Part shown: positions 13,200 through 27,131 of the stretch, piece by piece
How the letters are laid out: every line of letters begins with the position of its first letter
Position numbering within the stretch: position 1 is the stretch's first letter
Source of the DNA: Octopus vulgaris
Taxonomy: Eukaryota
DNA length: 64,000 bases
Direction of reading: 5' to 3'
NCBI GenBank assembly: GCA_951406725.2
Contig: OX597818.1
Location: 40,486,001-40,550,000, forward strand
Translations under genes and position numbers: made by a program
Notes under the pieces: generated by a model
The model's database searches: none
Told to the model about the DNA's origin: nothing
The model's input: only the letters and a program-made list of their open reading frames with translations

Positions 13200-13545
13200 A
13201 TTGTCTTAACGAAGGCGAAGGAATTGTTTCCAGTCGTGTTTGTTTGTCTTTGGACAAGATATCTCAAGAACCACTGGATGGATTCCGATAAAACTTTTAG
13301 GGATATTTGGCCTCATGACTGGCACGAACTGGTTAGATCCGGTGTCGGACAAGGATTCTGGATTATATTTCCTGTTATTTTTTAGCTTAATTTTTGAGAA
13401 CGGCAGGGTTCATTTTTAGTATTCTCGTTTGTGAGAGCAGTCGAGTTAAATTCAGATATTCTCATTTCAAGTCATCTCCTTCTAATCGTTGAGAAGACAT
13501 TGGTGTTGCTTTGGTGGAGGTTTGCGCTTTCTGAGTGCTATTGTT
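13200..13545 (+). mobile_element. Helentron-associated (DINE/HINE-like) non-autonomous element
   Basis: Typical layout: gtgtttgtttgtct...gatatctcaagaaccactggatggatt..aaactt ... ggtggaggtttgcgctttctgagtgct. Confidence 0.6.
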
Positions 13546-13844
13546 GTATATGGAATTACTTTTATGACGTTAGTTGGAGTTAGTTGTTTTGGTGTGAATT
13601 TTCTTTCGTGGAACACAACGAGTGCATCAGAATACGAATCTCTTCCTCTTCTGTTGTTTGTTTGAGTGTGTAAAAATTCAATCCGCTGCATTTCTCAAGG
13701 TGTGCCAAAAGAGATCCTAAAATGTTTTATCATACCTGATACAAACGTACGTTGAGGTAGCAGCTACGTGATCTTTTGACCATTTAGAAATAACAACTAA
13801 ACTTCCTTTACACCACACATTAAAGAACAAGTAATCACACGCGA

Positions 13845-14115
13845 ATAAGTATGGCTTGGAGTCATGTATCAGGCTTTCGTTAATTCTTGATAGGTGTCTA
13901 TGTAGTTGCGAGCAGACACGGACGCTCTCTCCACTTTCTTACACTTTCACCTAGCAGCAGCACACTCAAGTTGTGTTAGCTGGAGGAAAGGGGCGAGAGC
14001 CGCTTAGTGACTCCGTTGATGCTTCTTTTGAGCTGTCTAGACTAAGGAAATGTGAAAGTATCTTGGCCAAGGACGACGAACCGGAGATATTTTGATCGTA
14101 AGCTGAGCACTCTGC
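13845..14115 (-). mobile_element. Old SINE family E
   Basis: atggcttggagtcatgtatcaggctttcgttaattctt...gtagttgcgagcagacacg is shared with 24825-24900 and 23060-23130. Confidence 0.6.
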
Positions 14116-14255
14116 GAGCTTTCACCAAATCAAACTTTACACTCTTAGAAAAAGATGTTATCTAATACTAAATTAAATTATATAACATTAGATACGCGAT
14201 GAATGAGGTTGATCATGGATTGAACGCTTTTGGCTGCAGATTTGTTTAAATCATT

Positions 14256-14655
14256 GCCGCAGGAGTGGCTGCGTGGTAAGTAGCTTGCTTACCAACCACA
14301 TGGTTCTGGGTTCAGTCCCACTGCGTTGCACCTGGGCAAGTGTCTTCTACTATAGCCTCGGGCCGACTAAGCTTTGTGAGTGGATTTAGTAGACGGAAAC
14401 TGAAAGAAGCCCGTCGTATATATGTATATGCATATGTATGGGTGTGTGTATATGTTTGTGTGTCTGTGTTTGTCACCCCAACATCGCTTGACAACCGATG
14501 CTGGTGTCTTTACGTCCCCGTAACTTAGCAGTTCGGCAAAAGAGACTGATAGAATAAGTACTAGGTTTACAAAGAATAAGTCCTGGGGTCGATTTGCTCG
14601 ACTAAAGGCAGTGCTCCAGTCAAATGACTGAAAAAAGTAAAAGAGTAAAAGAGTA
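14256..14655 (+). mobile_element. SINE family A, full length
   Basis: gcaggagtggctgcgtggtaag head, B box ggttcagtccc, internal microsatellite, (gtaaaaga)n tail. Confidence 0.93.
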
Positions 14656-14703
14656 ACATAGACTTCAATAACAAAAACAACTACTTATGTATAAATCTCT
14701 ACT

Positions 14704-15082
14704 GTGAGATTAAGAAGATCGCTTTGCAACTACGTGGTTTCGGGTTCAGTTCCACTGCATGGCACCTTGGTAAATGTCTTTTACTATAGCTCCGGGACAG
14801 ACCAATGCCTTGTAAACGAATTTGATAGACAGAAACTGCGTAGAATAAAATCGTATATCTGTATATCAGTAGTTTCGTTGTGTCTGTGTTTGCTTCATAA
14901 CCACCGCTTGAAAACCGGTGTTGGTTTGTTTACGAACCCGTAAGTGAGCCGATACAATAAATATCCGATTTGCAAAAATGAATAACGTAATGAGGTTGAT
15001 TGTTAGACTGAACTCTCCAAGGCGGTGCCCCACCATAGCCACAGTCCAATGGCCAAAACAGGTGAAAGATAAAAGATATAAA
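14704..15082 (+). mobile_element. SINE family A, older subfamily copy
   Basis: Diverged but collinear (gggttcagttccactgcatggcaccttgg ... aggcggtgccccaccatagccacagtc ... aaagataaaagata). Confidence 0.8.
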
Positions 15083-16503
15083 ATGGCGTCACTACGTGAA
15101 ATCCTCTACTAAAACAAAACCTGCTCTATGCTGGTATAATGTAGTTAATTCGTCAATAAAACTGCAAATTGTGTTGGTCTCCTGCAAAAGAAAAACTTCC
15201 AAGAAATTTGTAAGTTTATTTTTGCCTTTCTTGTAAAATTAATGAACTTAAATAAATATAACTAAATATAGAAATAAATAAAAAAAATAACAATACTGAA
15301 ATGCATTTCGTTAATATTGCTATGAGGCAAGCGCTGATTAAGATGGCGAAATTTGTTGCGTCACGAATTTGAGAGGTGTTGTTGTTGTAATTGTTATTAT
15401 CATATTGGGTTGTTTTATTTTGTGTTCATTTTATCGCCAAAACTGAAGTTGTCTGCTGTAACTTGCATTCGCATTCTTCACTCGCGGTCTCAACTAATTG
15501 TTTCTTTTTGTTTTGTTTTATTATTTTTTTTCTTCTTAATTATATCTTACATTAGCTTGGAACTGTAAGGTCTTAATAGCAGTGGAATTATATTCCAAAA
15601 TACTATTAACTATTTATTTAACGAGAAATTATGAAAATGTTTCCATTTGAAATATCGCCACTGGCAGATTGCTTGTGTTGCTTGGGAAAGGTTAAACCTG
15701 TGCGTCTAGTCTATGTGTGTGTGTGTGTGTTTGAGTGTGTGTGTGTGTGTGTGTGCAAGAAAATGAGATGGCAAAGGAATAAATAATTATCTTATGAGTT
15801 TCACTAGCTAACAGCTGTTTCTGTTAAACGATGCAGTAGATTCATAGTTGAGTAAGAATACTTAAGAATTCTTAGGTGTTCTTACACACACACACCTAAG
15901 AATTAACAAGTTTATGGTACATGTTACTAAGCCATTCTTATTTATGTGTGACCACTTACTCTTTAATATGTGATGTAAAGGAAATTTAGTTCCTACTTCA
16001 ACGTGTTCAAACGACCATGTAAGTGCAACATCAATGTACGTTTAAGTCAGGAATGATAAAATATTTTAGGGTTTCTTTTGTCATATCTTGAGAACCGCAG
16101 CTGATCGACAACTTCATCGGAGCCTCAAACATGAAATGAAGTTTATTTGGGAAAAACAAATACATTTATGCATAAACAAATAAAATATACAAATAACAGC
16201 AATGCAAATGAGAAAACATATGTGGGGAATGAAATCCAGGAGCTCCGCCCATAATTAGAATGAGATTACTGTTAAAGCGTATATAAAGAAAGGTATAGTC
16301 ACATGTAGAGAAACTAATTAAATCTATTAGTAAAATTATATCCGTACATAAACGTACATACACGGACGGATATATACCCATACAGACATATATATTTATA
16401 TATATATATATATATATATCAACGTACATATACATAGGCACGGACAAGGATACAAATATATATATACATATATATTTATATTTACGTACATATGAATATA
16501 CAT

Positions 16504-17276
16504 CAGAGGCGACACCAGGTCATCAGCATCACTCGGGTTCATCACTGATTTCGCATGACACACGCCTGATCGAAGAATTTCACTTTTTTTTTGCAATATT
16601 TCTTGCCCCAAATGGCTTATTTTTTTCATATCTAACACTATGTCTTTCTCCATTTCTAAGATAAAGGTAAAAATAAAGCAAGTGATCTTTACGCACAGAC
16701 GCACAGAATAACAACAATCAAATAACGACAGCAGAGTGCACCACAAGGATCAGTGGTCTGACTGTCGTTTATACTCTTGACAAGGAATACCAGTTAGTCT
16801 TTTATATCTACCAGGCTCGTTCGTATTAGCCCGAGTTGCTGGATAATTTTTCGTTCCGTTAAGAATATTGTAGAACAGAAACTTTTCATAGATTGGAATT
16901 TAAATCCTAATCTCTATTAGACTTTATTGTTTCAAGAAAAAATTGAATTTGAATTACTTTTAATTTTAACGATTATAGATAATAACTCGGACTGTAACTT
17001 TTGAGCCCGAGTCAGACGCGTGTGAACGATGTCAAGAGAACGTCTGCTACGAATGATATTTTTTGATACTGGGCACCTCTAAGACGACCGCTAGACGCTG
17101 AACGAAAATGAATAAACTACGACGAGGTTCAATAAAAGGAGCCCGAATTATGGGCAGCAATTACATAGTTGAAGTCAGTGTTGGCAGAAATTAAATCGTT
17201 TTGTAAATACACGTTTCCTTTACTAAATTTATATTCGGCCTAAGCGCGAACAGCCCGAGTGCCGGAGTCGCCACTG
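16504..17276. mobile_element. Non-autonomous hAT element with intact ends
   Basis: TIRs cagaggcgacacc / ggagtcgccactg. Perfect 8-bp TSD atatacat (16496-16503, 17277-17284). Repeated agcccga motif. Confidence 0.88.
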
Positions 17277-17462
17277 ATATACATATATACGCGCGCACAC
17301 AGATGTTTATATTCTTGGAGATTGAGACAGAATAACAGATGTAAGATCATAGATGGTGAAGGAAAAGGAGAATGGGTTATTAAAGACACTTTTAGATTAA
17401 ATATTTAGTCAGAATGACCGCTTGGGAGAAGGGAGAGAGGGACAATGTGTGTGTGTGTGTGT

Positions 17463-17526
<64 letters not shown>

Positions 17527-17840
17527 ATGTGGGTGTGTGCGTGCGTGTGCACGGGTACTGATAAAGGGAGAAGGCGAAGTGTCATAAAAGACAGGTATTG
17601 ATAATATGCATACAATGTATGTACGCCAGAATATATGCTTAAAAGTACTGGCAGATATATATACAAGGTTAAACACAGAAACACACACACGCACACACAC
17701 ACACACACACACACAAATAACAACAGATAGATTGTGGGTCACTGTAGTTGTTTCAGACGTGGTTTTTATTGATAAATAGAAGTGTTACATCATGCGAAAA
17801 AAAATACCACTTTCATCAGATGAATTGCTTGAATCTTGAA

Positions 17841-17929
<89 letters not shown>

Positions 17930-17960
17930 TGCGTGTGTGTGTTTGTGTGTGTGTGTGTAT

Positions 17961-18257
17961 TACCGATCGCACATAATGTATTTGTTTGGTCGCCCGGATT
18001 CGCTGCGGCGCAGCACTTGAGGACGATCGCTCATAACGATGGGTGTTAAAACACCCGAATGTCATAGACAAATGAGACAACTGGCCTCGAATCGAATTCA
18101 GAAATGATGGATATTGATATTTCACCATTTTCGTAGCTTATCAACATTGCGTGCCTGAATCAAATCGAAGGCGAACCGTGATAAATGAACCGCGATCGGT
18201 GAAACGCGATTGGTGAACCGCGATAGGTGAAGCGCGATATGGCGAGGGATTACTGTA
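17961..18257. mobile_element. Tigger/pogo-like DNA transposon end
   Basis: Terminus gcgagggattactg|TA with five subterminal gaaccgcgat-like repeats. No matching left end seen. Confidence 0.7.
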
Positions 18258-18629
18258 TATCACTGAGTACTAGAGACAACTGTTATCAAAGAATTATCGA
18301 AGATGTCTCTATGTAGTTGTTCGACCTATTAGAAATAGCAGTCAATCACTCTGAAATCATAAGGAAGTGTGCAATCTTAGAAATATGTTCTGCTTGATAA
18401 GAGTTAGACAATAACAACTGCTAACTTTGTTTTTATAATAAAGAAGTTTTATAGTCGTGAGAATCGGCTTTTTTCCGGTTGATTGAAAAGCAGGGGGTCC
18501 TTAATAAGAAGCTGTCGAAGTTGCTACGTACAAAGCTAAATATTATTTTCAAAGAAAAATTAGAGCTCTGGATATTTTTGAATGTTAACATCGTTCAAAC
18601 AGTAGATGTATTAGAAACATAGGATCGCC

Positions 18630-18632
18630 GTA

Positions 18633-18700
<68 letters not shown>

Positions 18701-18964
18701 AGTAACTACTGCTACTACTGCTGCTGTTTTATTGGCACCGCCGCCACCGCCGCCACGACCACGACCACGACCACAACCACGACCACTACGACGACGACGA
18801 CGACCACCACCACGACCAACAACCCTACTACAACAAATACTACTACAGCAACTACTACTACTACTACTACTATTACTAGTATAGCAACTACTACTACTGC
18901 TACTACTGCTGCTGTTGTATTGGCACCGCCGCCGCCGCCGCGCCACGACCTCGACCACGACCAT

Positions 18965-19017
<53 letters not shown>

Positions 19018-19030
19018 ATACTAATACTAC
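18630..19030. repeat. Compound (CTA)n/(CCG)n/(CGA/CCA)n trinucleotide array with ~188-bp duplication
   Basis: ctgctgtt(t/g)tattggcaccgccgcc occurs at 18721 and 18909. Confidence 0.85.
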
Positions 19031-20282
19031 TCTCGCCATCGCCAAATCGGAAGATACCAGTAAAAAAGAAAATCTGTAAGACCAGTTGATGTCTGGCAGA
19101 GAGCAAAGTTTAAGAATGAAATCTCGCACTAAATGTCTGCGGAGTGTTTATGAGGGGAAGGGAAAATCTCGGAGTATTTACTGTAATTGTCGATAATTGT
19201 TTGTCGTATTCGTTGAAACAATTTGTCTCGACAGAAGAAAATGAAGGGAAAATGAAGTTAAAAACAAAAAAAAAAAAAGAAAGTAAAGAAGAGGAATACA
19301 AAGTTTTATTATGAGTGTCCTTTATAATTTCATTCATTTCTCTAAAGAATTGATTTTTCAAGCCATTCATTATTTTCACTCCATTATTTGTAATTTCTTT
19401 CCAAATAATCAATTTTTTATAATGGTTTTTTTTATCGCTCTGTTCCCCTCCTCTCTCTGTCTCTCTCTCTCTTTCTTTCTCTCTTGTCAATCCACATATA
19501 TTGTGTATGTTCGGTGTATTCAAAAGACAGGTATTTATAATTATTTCCTTTTCACCAGTTATGTTTATGATTATACAGCTATTTATAATGTATATATTTA
19601 CTTAACTTGTATAAATACGAATCAGATTATATGAATGCATAGACATACATATGTGTGTGTTTGTGTGTGTGTGTGTGTGCGCGCGCGTATATATATGTGT
19701 GTGTGTATACATTGTTGACGGAGACCCATTAAATGTACTTTTCAGCTACGGAGCCAACGATGGCGTCTTGTGTGCCTCAATCTTGTAAGGGTGAGTGAGG
19801 TTTCAAATATATTTCCAGCAGATGAAACTTGCACTTCAGTTCTGATCGATCGATACACACACGCATGCACGCATGCACGCACACACACATGCACACACAC
19901 ACGGACATGCACATATATATATACGTATGTATATATCTATAAGAATTATGTGTCTGACTGTGTGTGTGTGTGTGTGTTTGAAAGATGTATCATGTATAGG
20001 TATGTATGAATGTAGTATATGTGTGTGTATGTATATATATATATGTATATATACATATATATATATACATATACATACATACATATATATATGTATATAT
20101 ATACGTATACATATATATATATACATATATATAAATATATATATATATAATCAAAATAAGCAACAAGGATACTGCTTATTTTGATTATAATCACCCCATT
20201 TGATTTATATGGATAATACCATACCAAATTCTGGTGCCTTGAACTTAAATACCACATTCATCTGAGTCTAAATTTTGCTGAA

Positions 20283-20356
<74 letters not shown>

Positions 20357-20874
20357 GATATAGATATGCACACGTCGAATGGGCAGTATTAATATTGATA
20401 TATGGAAACGAGGAACTGTAAATTGTGGTTTTTTAGTCAAAGAGTCTACACGCTCGAGCTGACATGATCAAATATACAGATAACTCAGTACTTAATGCTT
20501 AAATGATATGGTATGTTACTATTCTTAAAGGCAATAAGGTGCGTTTGTAAGGATATTTGAGAACAGCTCTCGCTGCGAAAGCAACCGCTTAGAAATTCTG
20601 ATTTTGTCAGTCACAATATTTTATATAGGATGGTCAATGGAAGAAACAGAAGTTTTTCGGTTTTGTTTTCATTTCAGTTTGTACCCTTTCATTATTTTAG
20701 TCTGCAGCCAATCTGGGACACCGCCTTCAATATTTTTAGTCGATCACAGACCTCAATTCTGAATCTAGTACTTTAACCGATTTCGAGAGAAGGGAAAGGT
20801 ATAATTGGTTAGAGAGGTATTTGAATTCAGAACGAAGCGAAGGGATATGAGCAAATAGCACAAGATATTTTGTT

Positions 20875-20945
20875 CTACTCTTTTACTTGTTTCAGTCATT
20901 TGACTGTGACCATGCAATGAGCACCGCCTTTAGTCGAGCAAATTA
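20875..20945 (-). mobile_element. SINE family A 3' tail fragment
   Basis: ttttacttgtttcagtcatttgactgtg...caccgcctttagtcgagcaaat. Confidence 0.8.
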
Positions 20946-21300
20946 CCCACTGTTCCTCCATAGTTCTTTGATTTTCAGTGGAGGTTTTCATATTGGTCTG
21001 CAGATGAAGTTTTTCCAACTCCAGCCTTTTCATTGTTGCTGAATGTGGATGTTGTATGTGGGAATATTTTAATTGGTTGATTTTTTTATTGAGTCTTTTG
21101 ATGCGCCGGATGAGTCTTTTTTTAAAAATAATAATAATAATAATAACATCGAAAAATACCTTAGGAATGAAAATCCAGGTTCGAAATTTCCCGAAGACAC
21201 CTGATGAAGGCTGGAGGTTATATCAGCCGAAACTTTGTGTTAACAACAAACAAGATGAGGACAAATATCCTTCAAATGTAAATAATGTAAATAATGTACA
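20946..21300. mobile_element. Penelope-like element remnant: inverted ORF-start fragment plus pseudo-LTR
   Basis: Minus strand 21061-21126 translates KRLIRRIKRLNKKINQLKYS, like the N-terminus of Penelope-like ORFs. The plus strand after a (TAA)n spacer carries a minimal hammerhead. Confidence 0.6.
21196..21241 (+). ncRNA. Minimal type I hammerhead ribozyme motif
   Basis: gacac-CTGATGA-a-ggctg(gaggttatat)cagcc-GAAAC-ttt-gtgtt. Stems I and II pair. Stem III reads actt rather than acgt, so it is probably inactive. Confidence 0.75.
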
Positions 21301-21649
21301 ATATATTGTGGTTTAGCAAAAGATCAAAGCCGTTTCAGGTCCTTTCATCTAGTTTCATTTCTAGAGCTACATTATCCAGTGTGTCCTTTTGTTCAATGTA
21401 ATGATGACTGAAGGTGATTTGATGGGAATTTGGCTGCTATACCGAGCAGGTTGAGCAACTACGGAGATGATACTTCACTGGTTCTTGTCACTGAAATTGT
21501 TGTTGCTGGTTGTGGTGGAGGTAGTGGTGGTGGTGATTATTGGTTCATATTGTTATTGTCAATGTCATTTACAATGGTTATGAATATAACAGTTTTTTTT
21601 TTATCTTACTAATGATAGTTGTGATGCTCATTAACACGAAGAGGCAGTT

Positions 21650-22060
21650 AAGGCGGCGAGCTGACAGAAACGTTAGCACGCCGGGCGAAATGCTTAGCGG
21701 TATTTCGTCTGCCGTTACATTGTGAGTTCAAATTCCTCCGAGGTCGACTTTGCCTTTCATCCTTTCAGGGTCGATTAAATAAGTACCAGTTACGCACTGG
21801 GATCGTTACAATCGACTTAACCCATTTGTCTGTCCTTGTTTGTCCCCTCTGTGTTTAGCCCCTTGTGGGTAGTAAGGAAATAGGTATTTCGTCTGCCGTC
21901 ACGTTCTGAGTTCAAATTCCGCCGAGGTCGACTTTGCCTTTCATCCTTTCGGGGTCGATTGAATAAGTACCAGTTACGCACTGGCGTCGATACAATCGAC
22001 TTAATCCGTTTGTCTGTCTTTGTTTGTCCTCTCTGTGTTTAGCCCCTTGTGGGTAATAAA
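21650..22060 (+). mobile_element. SINE family C1, head + two 184-bp units
   Basis: ggtatttcgtc at 21699 and 21883. TSD aagaggcagt at 21639 and 22059. Confidence 0.93.
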
Positions 22061-22692
22061 GAGGCAGTCAGAGGTGGCACTCGTTGTAGTGGTGATGGCA
22101 GCGAGGGTTCTTGTCGCTGTAAGGTGTGGGGGGAAAATGTTATTAAGAAAAAATCGAGAGATCGTTGTGCGAAGATTTTAATTGTAGTGGTCGTGGTAGA
22201 AGAGCTATTAGCAATAGAAATAGTTACAACATAAAGGCAGCGTAATATTGCTGATTATAGCAATGATATTGGCGACAGCATCAGCAGAAATGACGAGAGG
22301 TTTGGTGATTGTGGTAGTGCTGTAGTATGAGTGATGGTGAGAGCTACTGTGATTAAAGTAGTGGGAGTGGAACACATGCTGTAATGCTAATGGCGATAGT
22401 TGTGATACTAGAAGTGGAAAATTATTGAAAAAAAACACTTAAGACACTTTACGTAGTGTGAGAGAAACAAAACACCTTAGGTGACACTTGTTAATCCTTC
22501 CATTTAGCTGACAATGAACACAAACACGTGTGATTAAGGAAATACGAGAGAACCTCCGAAGAAATATGACACCAACATTTGAGTCTTTAAAACATAAAAT
22601 AGTTGCCTGAAATAATAGATTTCAAATGTGCTGCGTATGGGAAATATGCTATTGCTAAAAAGTAGTCTTACGAAGATACGAAGATACTGCCA

Positions 22693-22856
<164 letters not shown>

Positions 22857-22860
22857 GTGT

Positions 22861-22931
<71 letters not shown>

Positions 22932-23034
22932 CATAGATATGTATATATGTATGTGTGTGTGCATATATATACGCACACATACATATATATTATATATGTG
23001 TGTGTATGTATACATGTATGTGTGTGTGTAACAG

Positions 23035-23290
23035 ACAACCGTCACCCACGAACAAGTAAACCTTGGTAACATGTACCATGCTTTCGTTAATTGTTTTAGG
23101 TTTCTGTGTAATCCCAAGGGAACATGGACACTGTCTCGACTGCCACACCATTTCATCCTGCTGCACATCACTATGTGACAGCTGTAGGGAGTGCAACGGG
23201 AAACGAGAAGTAGCTTTCTCAAGGACGGAACGCGCCGCCCGATCTCGGAACTGAATCCATCACATTATGACCGTAAGCGAAACACATTGT
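23035..23290 (-). mobile_element. Old SINE family E
   Basis: ccttggtaacatgtaccatgctttcgttaattg... tail plus degenerate head (ctcaaggacggaacgcgccgcccgatctcggaactgaa). Confidence 0.55.
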
Positions 23291-24794
23291 TGCATGCCTT
23301 CATTCTTTCTCTGTGTGCTTGTGTGTGTATGCATGCATGTATCTATGTGTGATTATGTGTATGTGCTTCTGTGCGTGTGTGCCTGTGTGCATTATAGCGT
23401 GTGTGTGTTTGTGTATGTGTGTTTGTACGAGTGTGTGTACGTGTGCGTATGCGTGTACATGTGCTTGTGAGTGTATGTTGCTATTTAGTCCGAGATCATC
23501 TCTAATTAAACAGATTGATGGTCTAAACTAAAGCCAATTTGATACTCACAAATACACTTTCCAATGCGACGTTCCATTCTTAAAGACGACATCTTTGATT
23601 TGAGAGAGATTTAGCTGCCATTTTCTCTTTCTCTCTTGCATATCAAATAAGTAACTAAAGAAGAATAAAGGGTCTTCAAAATTAATTTCTGCAAAAGATG
23701 GACCCCATGAAAACATTTTATTTTATATTCATTATCGTGACTCGACATACAGACAAAAACTCCCCCCTTCACTAATGATATTGTGATGCTATTATAGAGG
23801 CGGTCAGAGGTAATACTCACTTTCTGCAATCTTTTGGTCAAGAGGATAGCTTCCTTTTTCACTTCTTCACTAGAGGTAGGTATCCTCAAACGGGAGATCT
23901 GGCCCGGCTACCATCAAAGTAGGGTATGGTGGGATTTGAACTCAGAACGAAAAGAGCCGAAACAAATAACGCAAGGTGTTCGACCCAACGTTTTATGATT
24001 ATGTTACCCACTGTTCTGGATTCATGTATTTTATCGAAGCGGAAATATTAAAGGCAAAATAGCTTCGGTGAGAATCGAGCACATTGCATAGAGAGTTAGG
24101 AGAAATGGCACGAAGCATTTTTGAATTGGCTTCCAAACCGATTTTCAAATGGCTGCCAAACCGCATTGTAAAACTGAAAGCAAGCCATAGTTATAGGACT
24201 ACTCATGTGTACATAAAGTATTTCTAAGAAGTACTGTATAGCCAAACTGAATTAATTTTGATACATACAAGCAAGTTTAAATGTATTTATGTCTCAATTG
24301 ATTAAATTACTTTACGAATGGTAACCTTGAAAGAATTGCGGTAGTGAATAAAATCCAACCAGTTGAAGGAGGTGCTTAATTTTTGTAAGTTTTTACAGGG
24401 CGTGTTTTTTCTCTGTATTTTTGCAATGCAGCTGTGGATGAAAAAAATATGGCGGTTTTGGAATTATGACTTTTGACATTTTGATATGGGGAAAGGCTTA
24501 AGAAGATGGTTTTTGTTACCTAGGGGAAATAGAGAAATAGATGCGACCGTCTCTTCTTTATAGAAAAGTAAGTGGTTGTGATAGAAGGCAGCAAAAGCTT
24601 TAGTAGTAATGGTGCTGGAAATAACTGGTGTTGGTGTCATTTTCATCATCATTGTTGTCGCCATCTTGGAGGTTACGTGGTGACAACAGAGATAGTTCGG
24701 ATGGTGGTGGACTTTCAAATGATGCTTTACATTAATTTGATAACTGAAGTTTTTGTTCATCACTCATTTTTTAGAAGGATATTAATGATATAAT

Positions 24795-25135
24795 TAGCGT
24801 TATGCCAGCTCTCATAAATGATCGAATATGGCTTGGTGACAAGTATCATTCTTTGGCTAATTCTTTTGGTGCCTGTGTAGTTGCGAACAGACACGAGCAT
24901 CGTCTGGACGTATTCACACAGCGGAACATCTAGGATGTGATACCTGAACAAACAGAGAGCTGTACTAATACGCTGGCTAATACTCGTTGGCTAGTGTTGG
25001 TGAACAGACTAGATCGACGTGAAAGCAAATGCAGTGCCTAGCTCAAGTGCTCAACGTACTATCCATTCCAGGAACTGAACACTTAATATTGCGATTATAA
25101 GACAAATATCCTAACCACAAGCCCACGAACCTTCG
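24795..25135 (-). mobile_element. Old SINE family E
   Basis: Tail shared with 13845. The tRNA-like head ends at cctaaccacaagcccacg. Confidence 0.6.
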
Positions 25136-25216
25136 CATTTCTAATATGAGTATAATTGATTGTGCATAACGTGGAACCTTTATATTATAAACGTGCCGTC
25201 AGCACAACCTGCTTTC

Positions 25217-25276
<60 letters not shown>

Positions 25277-26177
25277 TAGCTGGTCCCTGTTGTTAGTTAG
25301 TTGCATACGGTGACTACTAAATCCCATTTGAGACAATGATCTCTCTTCTTCACCCATAGCATGATACTCTAGCACATTCTCCTGCATTGTACAAACTTCT
25401 ACGGTTATCCTTTTATTTCCATATTTCAACTGTTTGTAAGCACACAAATATTAACAGTTCTCCTGCAATCATTGATTTATACAAGATATTTATGGTTACC
25501 AAATGCATTCATGACTTCGCTCTCGGAGGTTGTGTGATAAAACCAAATAACTACAAAACGAAACTGAAATCAGAGCACAAATGTGGGTACTTCAAGTAAT
25601 TTTTCTGCTCTTTAATTTCACTTATCTCACTGTTCCCGGAACATGTGTGACAAAACAACATCAATAATAATAATAATAATAATAATAATGATAATAATAA
25701 TAATGACTCTAAAACAAGGGCGAAAGTACTCCAAGCAATCAAGGACCTCAAAGATTTGGCGCCAGTCAGTCTTGCACAAATAATTTGTGCTATTCTGTCT
25801 GTGGAGCAAAACATTGAAAAATATCGCGTCTGCTTGGCAACATAGTTTCAGTCATCCCGCTTGTTTTCTTTTACCACTACACCTTAAATATATTTATATA
25901 GCATTCATATTTTAATTTCATCTTCATGACTTCAAACAAATAAATTTATACCTTTCTATAAATACTAAGTATTGTCATATCTTTGCGTTCTGTCAACAGA
26001 ACTGTCGCCATCTGACAGCAACAGATTATCCACATTTCAGTTCATTCTCTCAACTGGTGCCAATATTGTTTCTTAATGTTTACATAAGTTTTCCTCCAGT
26101 TTTCCATTTAGTACCTTGTATTCTAAGAGTATGCACATACACACACGTACGCGTATATATGCATACGCACATGTATG

Positions 26178-26215
<38 letters not shown>

Positions 26216-26512
26216 TACACACAAGATACAATATTTTGTGTGTTTGTATTGGTATGAACACGAAATGATTCATTCATTTATAAATATGCATCGAGAAACA
26301 CATACACACGCGTGTGTGTTGTAATAGGTATGTGAGTGTGTATCTGTGTGTGTTGTATATGGGTGTCTTTGTGTGAGTGTGGCTTCATATAAATGTCTAT
26401 ATTCCTGCATATATTACACTATATATATGTGTAAAAGGCTGGGAACATTGAAAATGTGACTAAATATATCAAAATCGTTGTATATTGCTATTGTCATGTT
26501 TCTCAGATAAAA

Positions 26513-26820
26513 CTAAGTGGTTAGAGTATTCGGTTCACGATCGTAAGATCATGAGTTCGATTCCCGGTGACTCGCTATGTCCTTGAGCAAGACACTTTAT
26601 TTCACGTTGCTCCAGTCCACTCAGCTGGCAAAAATGAGTGGTCCCTGTATTTCAAAGGGCCAACCTTGTCACACTTTGTGTCACGCTGAATCTCCCTGAG
26701 AACTACATTAAGGGTACACGTATCTGTGGGATGCTCAGCCACTTGCACGTTAATTTCATGAACAAGCTGTTCCGTTGATCGTATCAGCTGGGACCCTCGT
26801 CATCGTAACCGACGGAGTGC
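26513..26820 (+). mobile_element. SINE family B2 head with tail X
   Basis: gtggttagagtattcggttcacgatcg, B box gagttcgattccc, central gtccttgagcaagacactt, tail ...cgtaaccgacggagtgc. Confidence 0.9.
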
Positions 26821-26901
26821 TCCTGAATGATTATTTCTGTGTATCTGTGTCTCTCGCTATATTTCTTATGCACCCACCCAGGTATACCTACACATACACA
26901 C

Positions 26902-27131
<230 letters not shown>

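Noticed and set aside
21650-22060. C1 tandem units as a CRISPR-like array or a hammerhead retrozyme
   Set aside because: The units are contiguous with no unique spacers, the context is eukaryotic, and no CUGANGA/GAAA core with proper stems was found on either strand.
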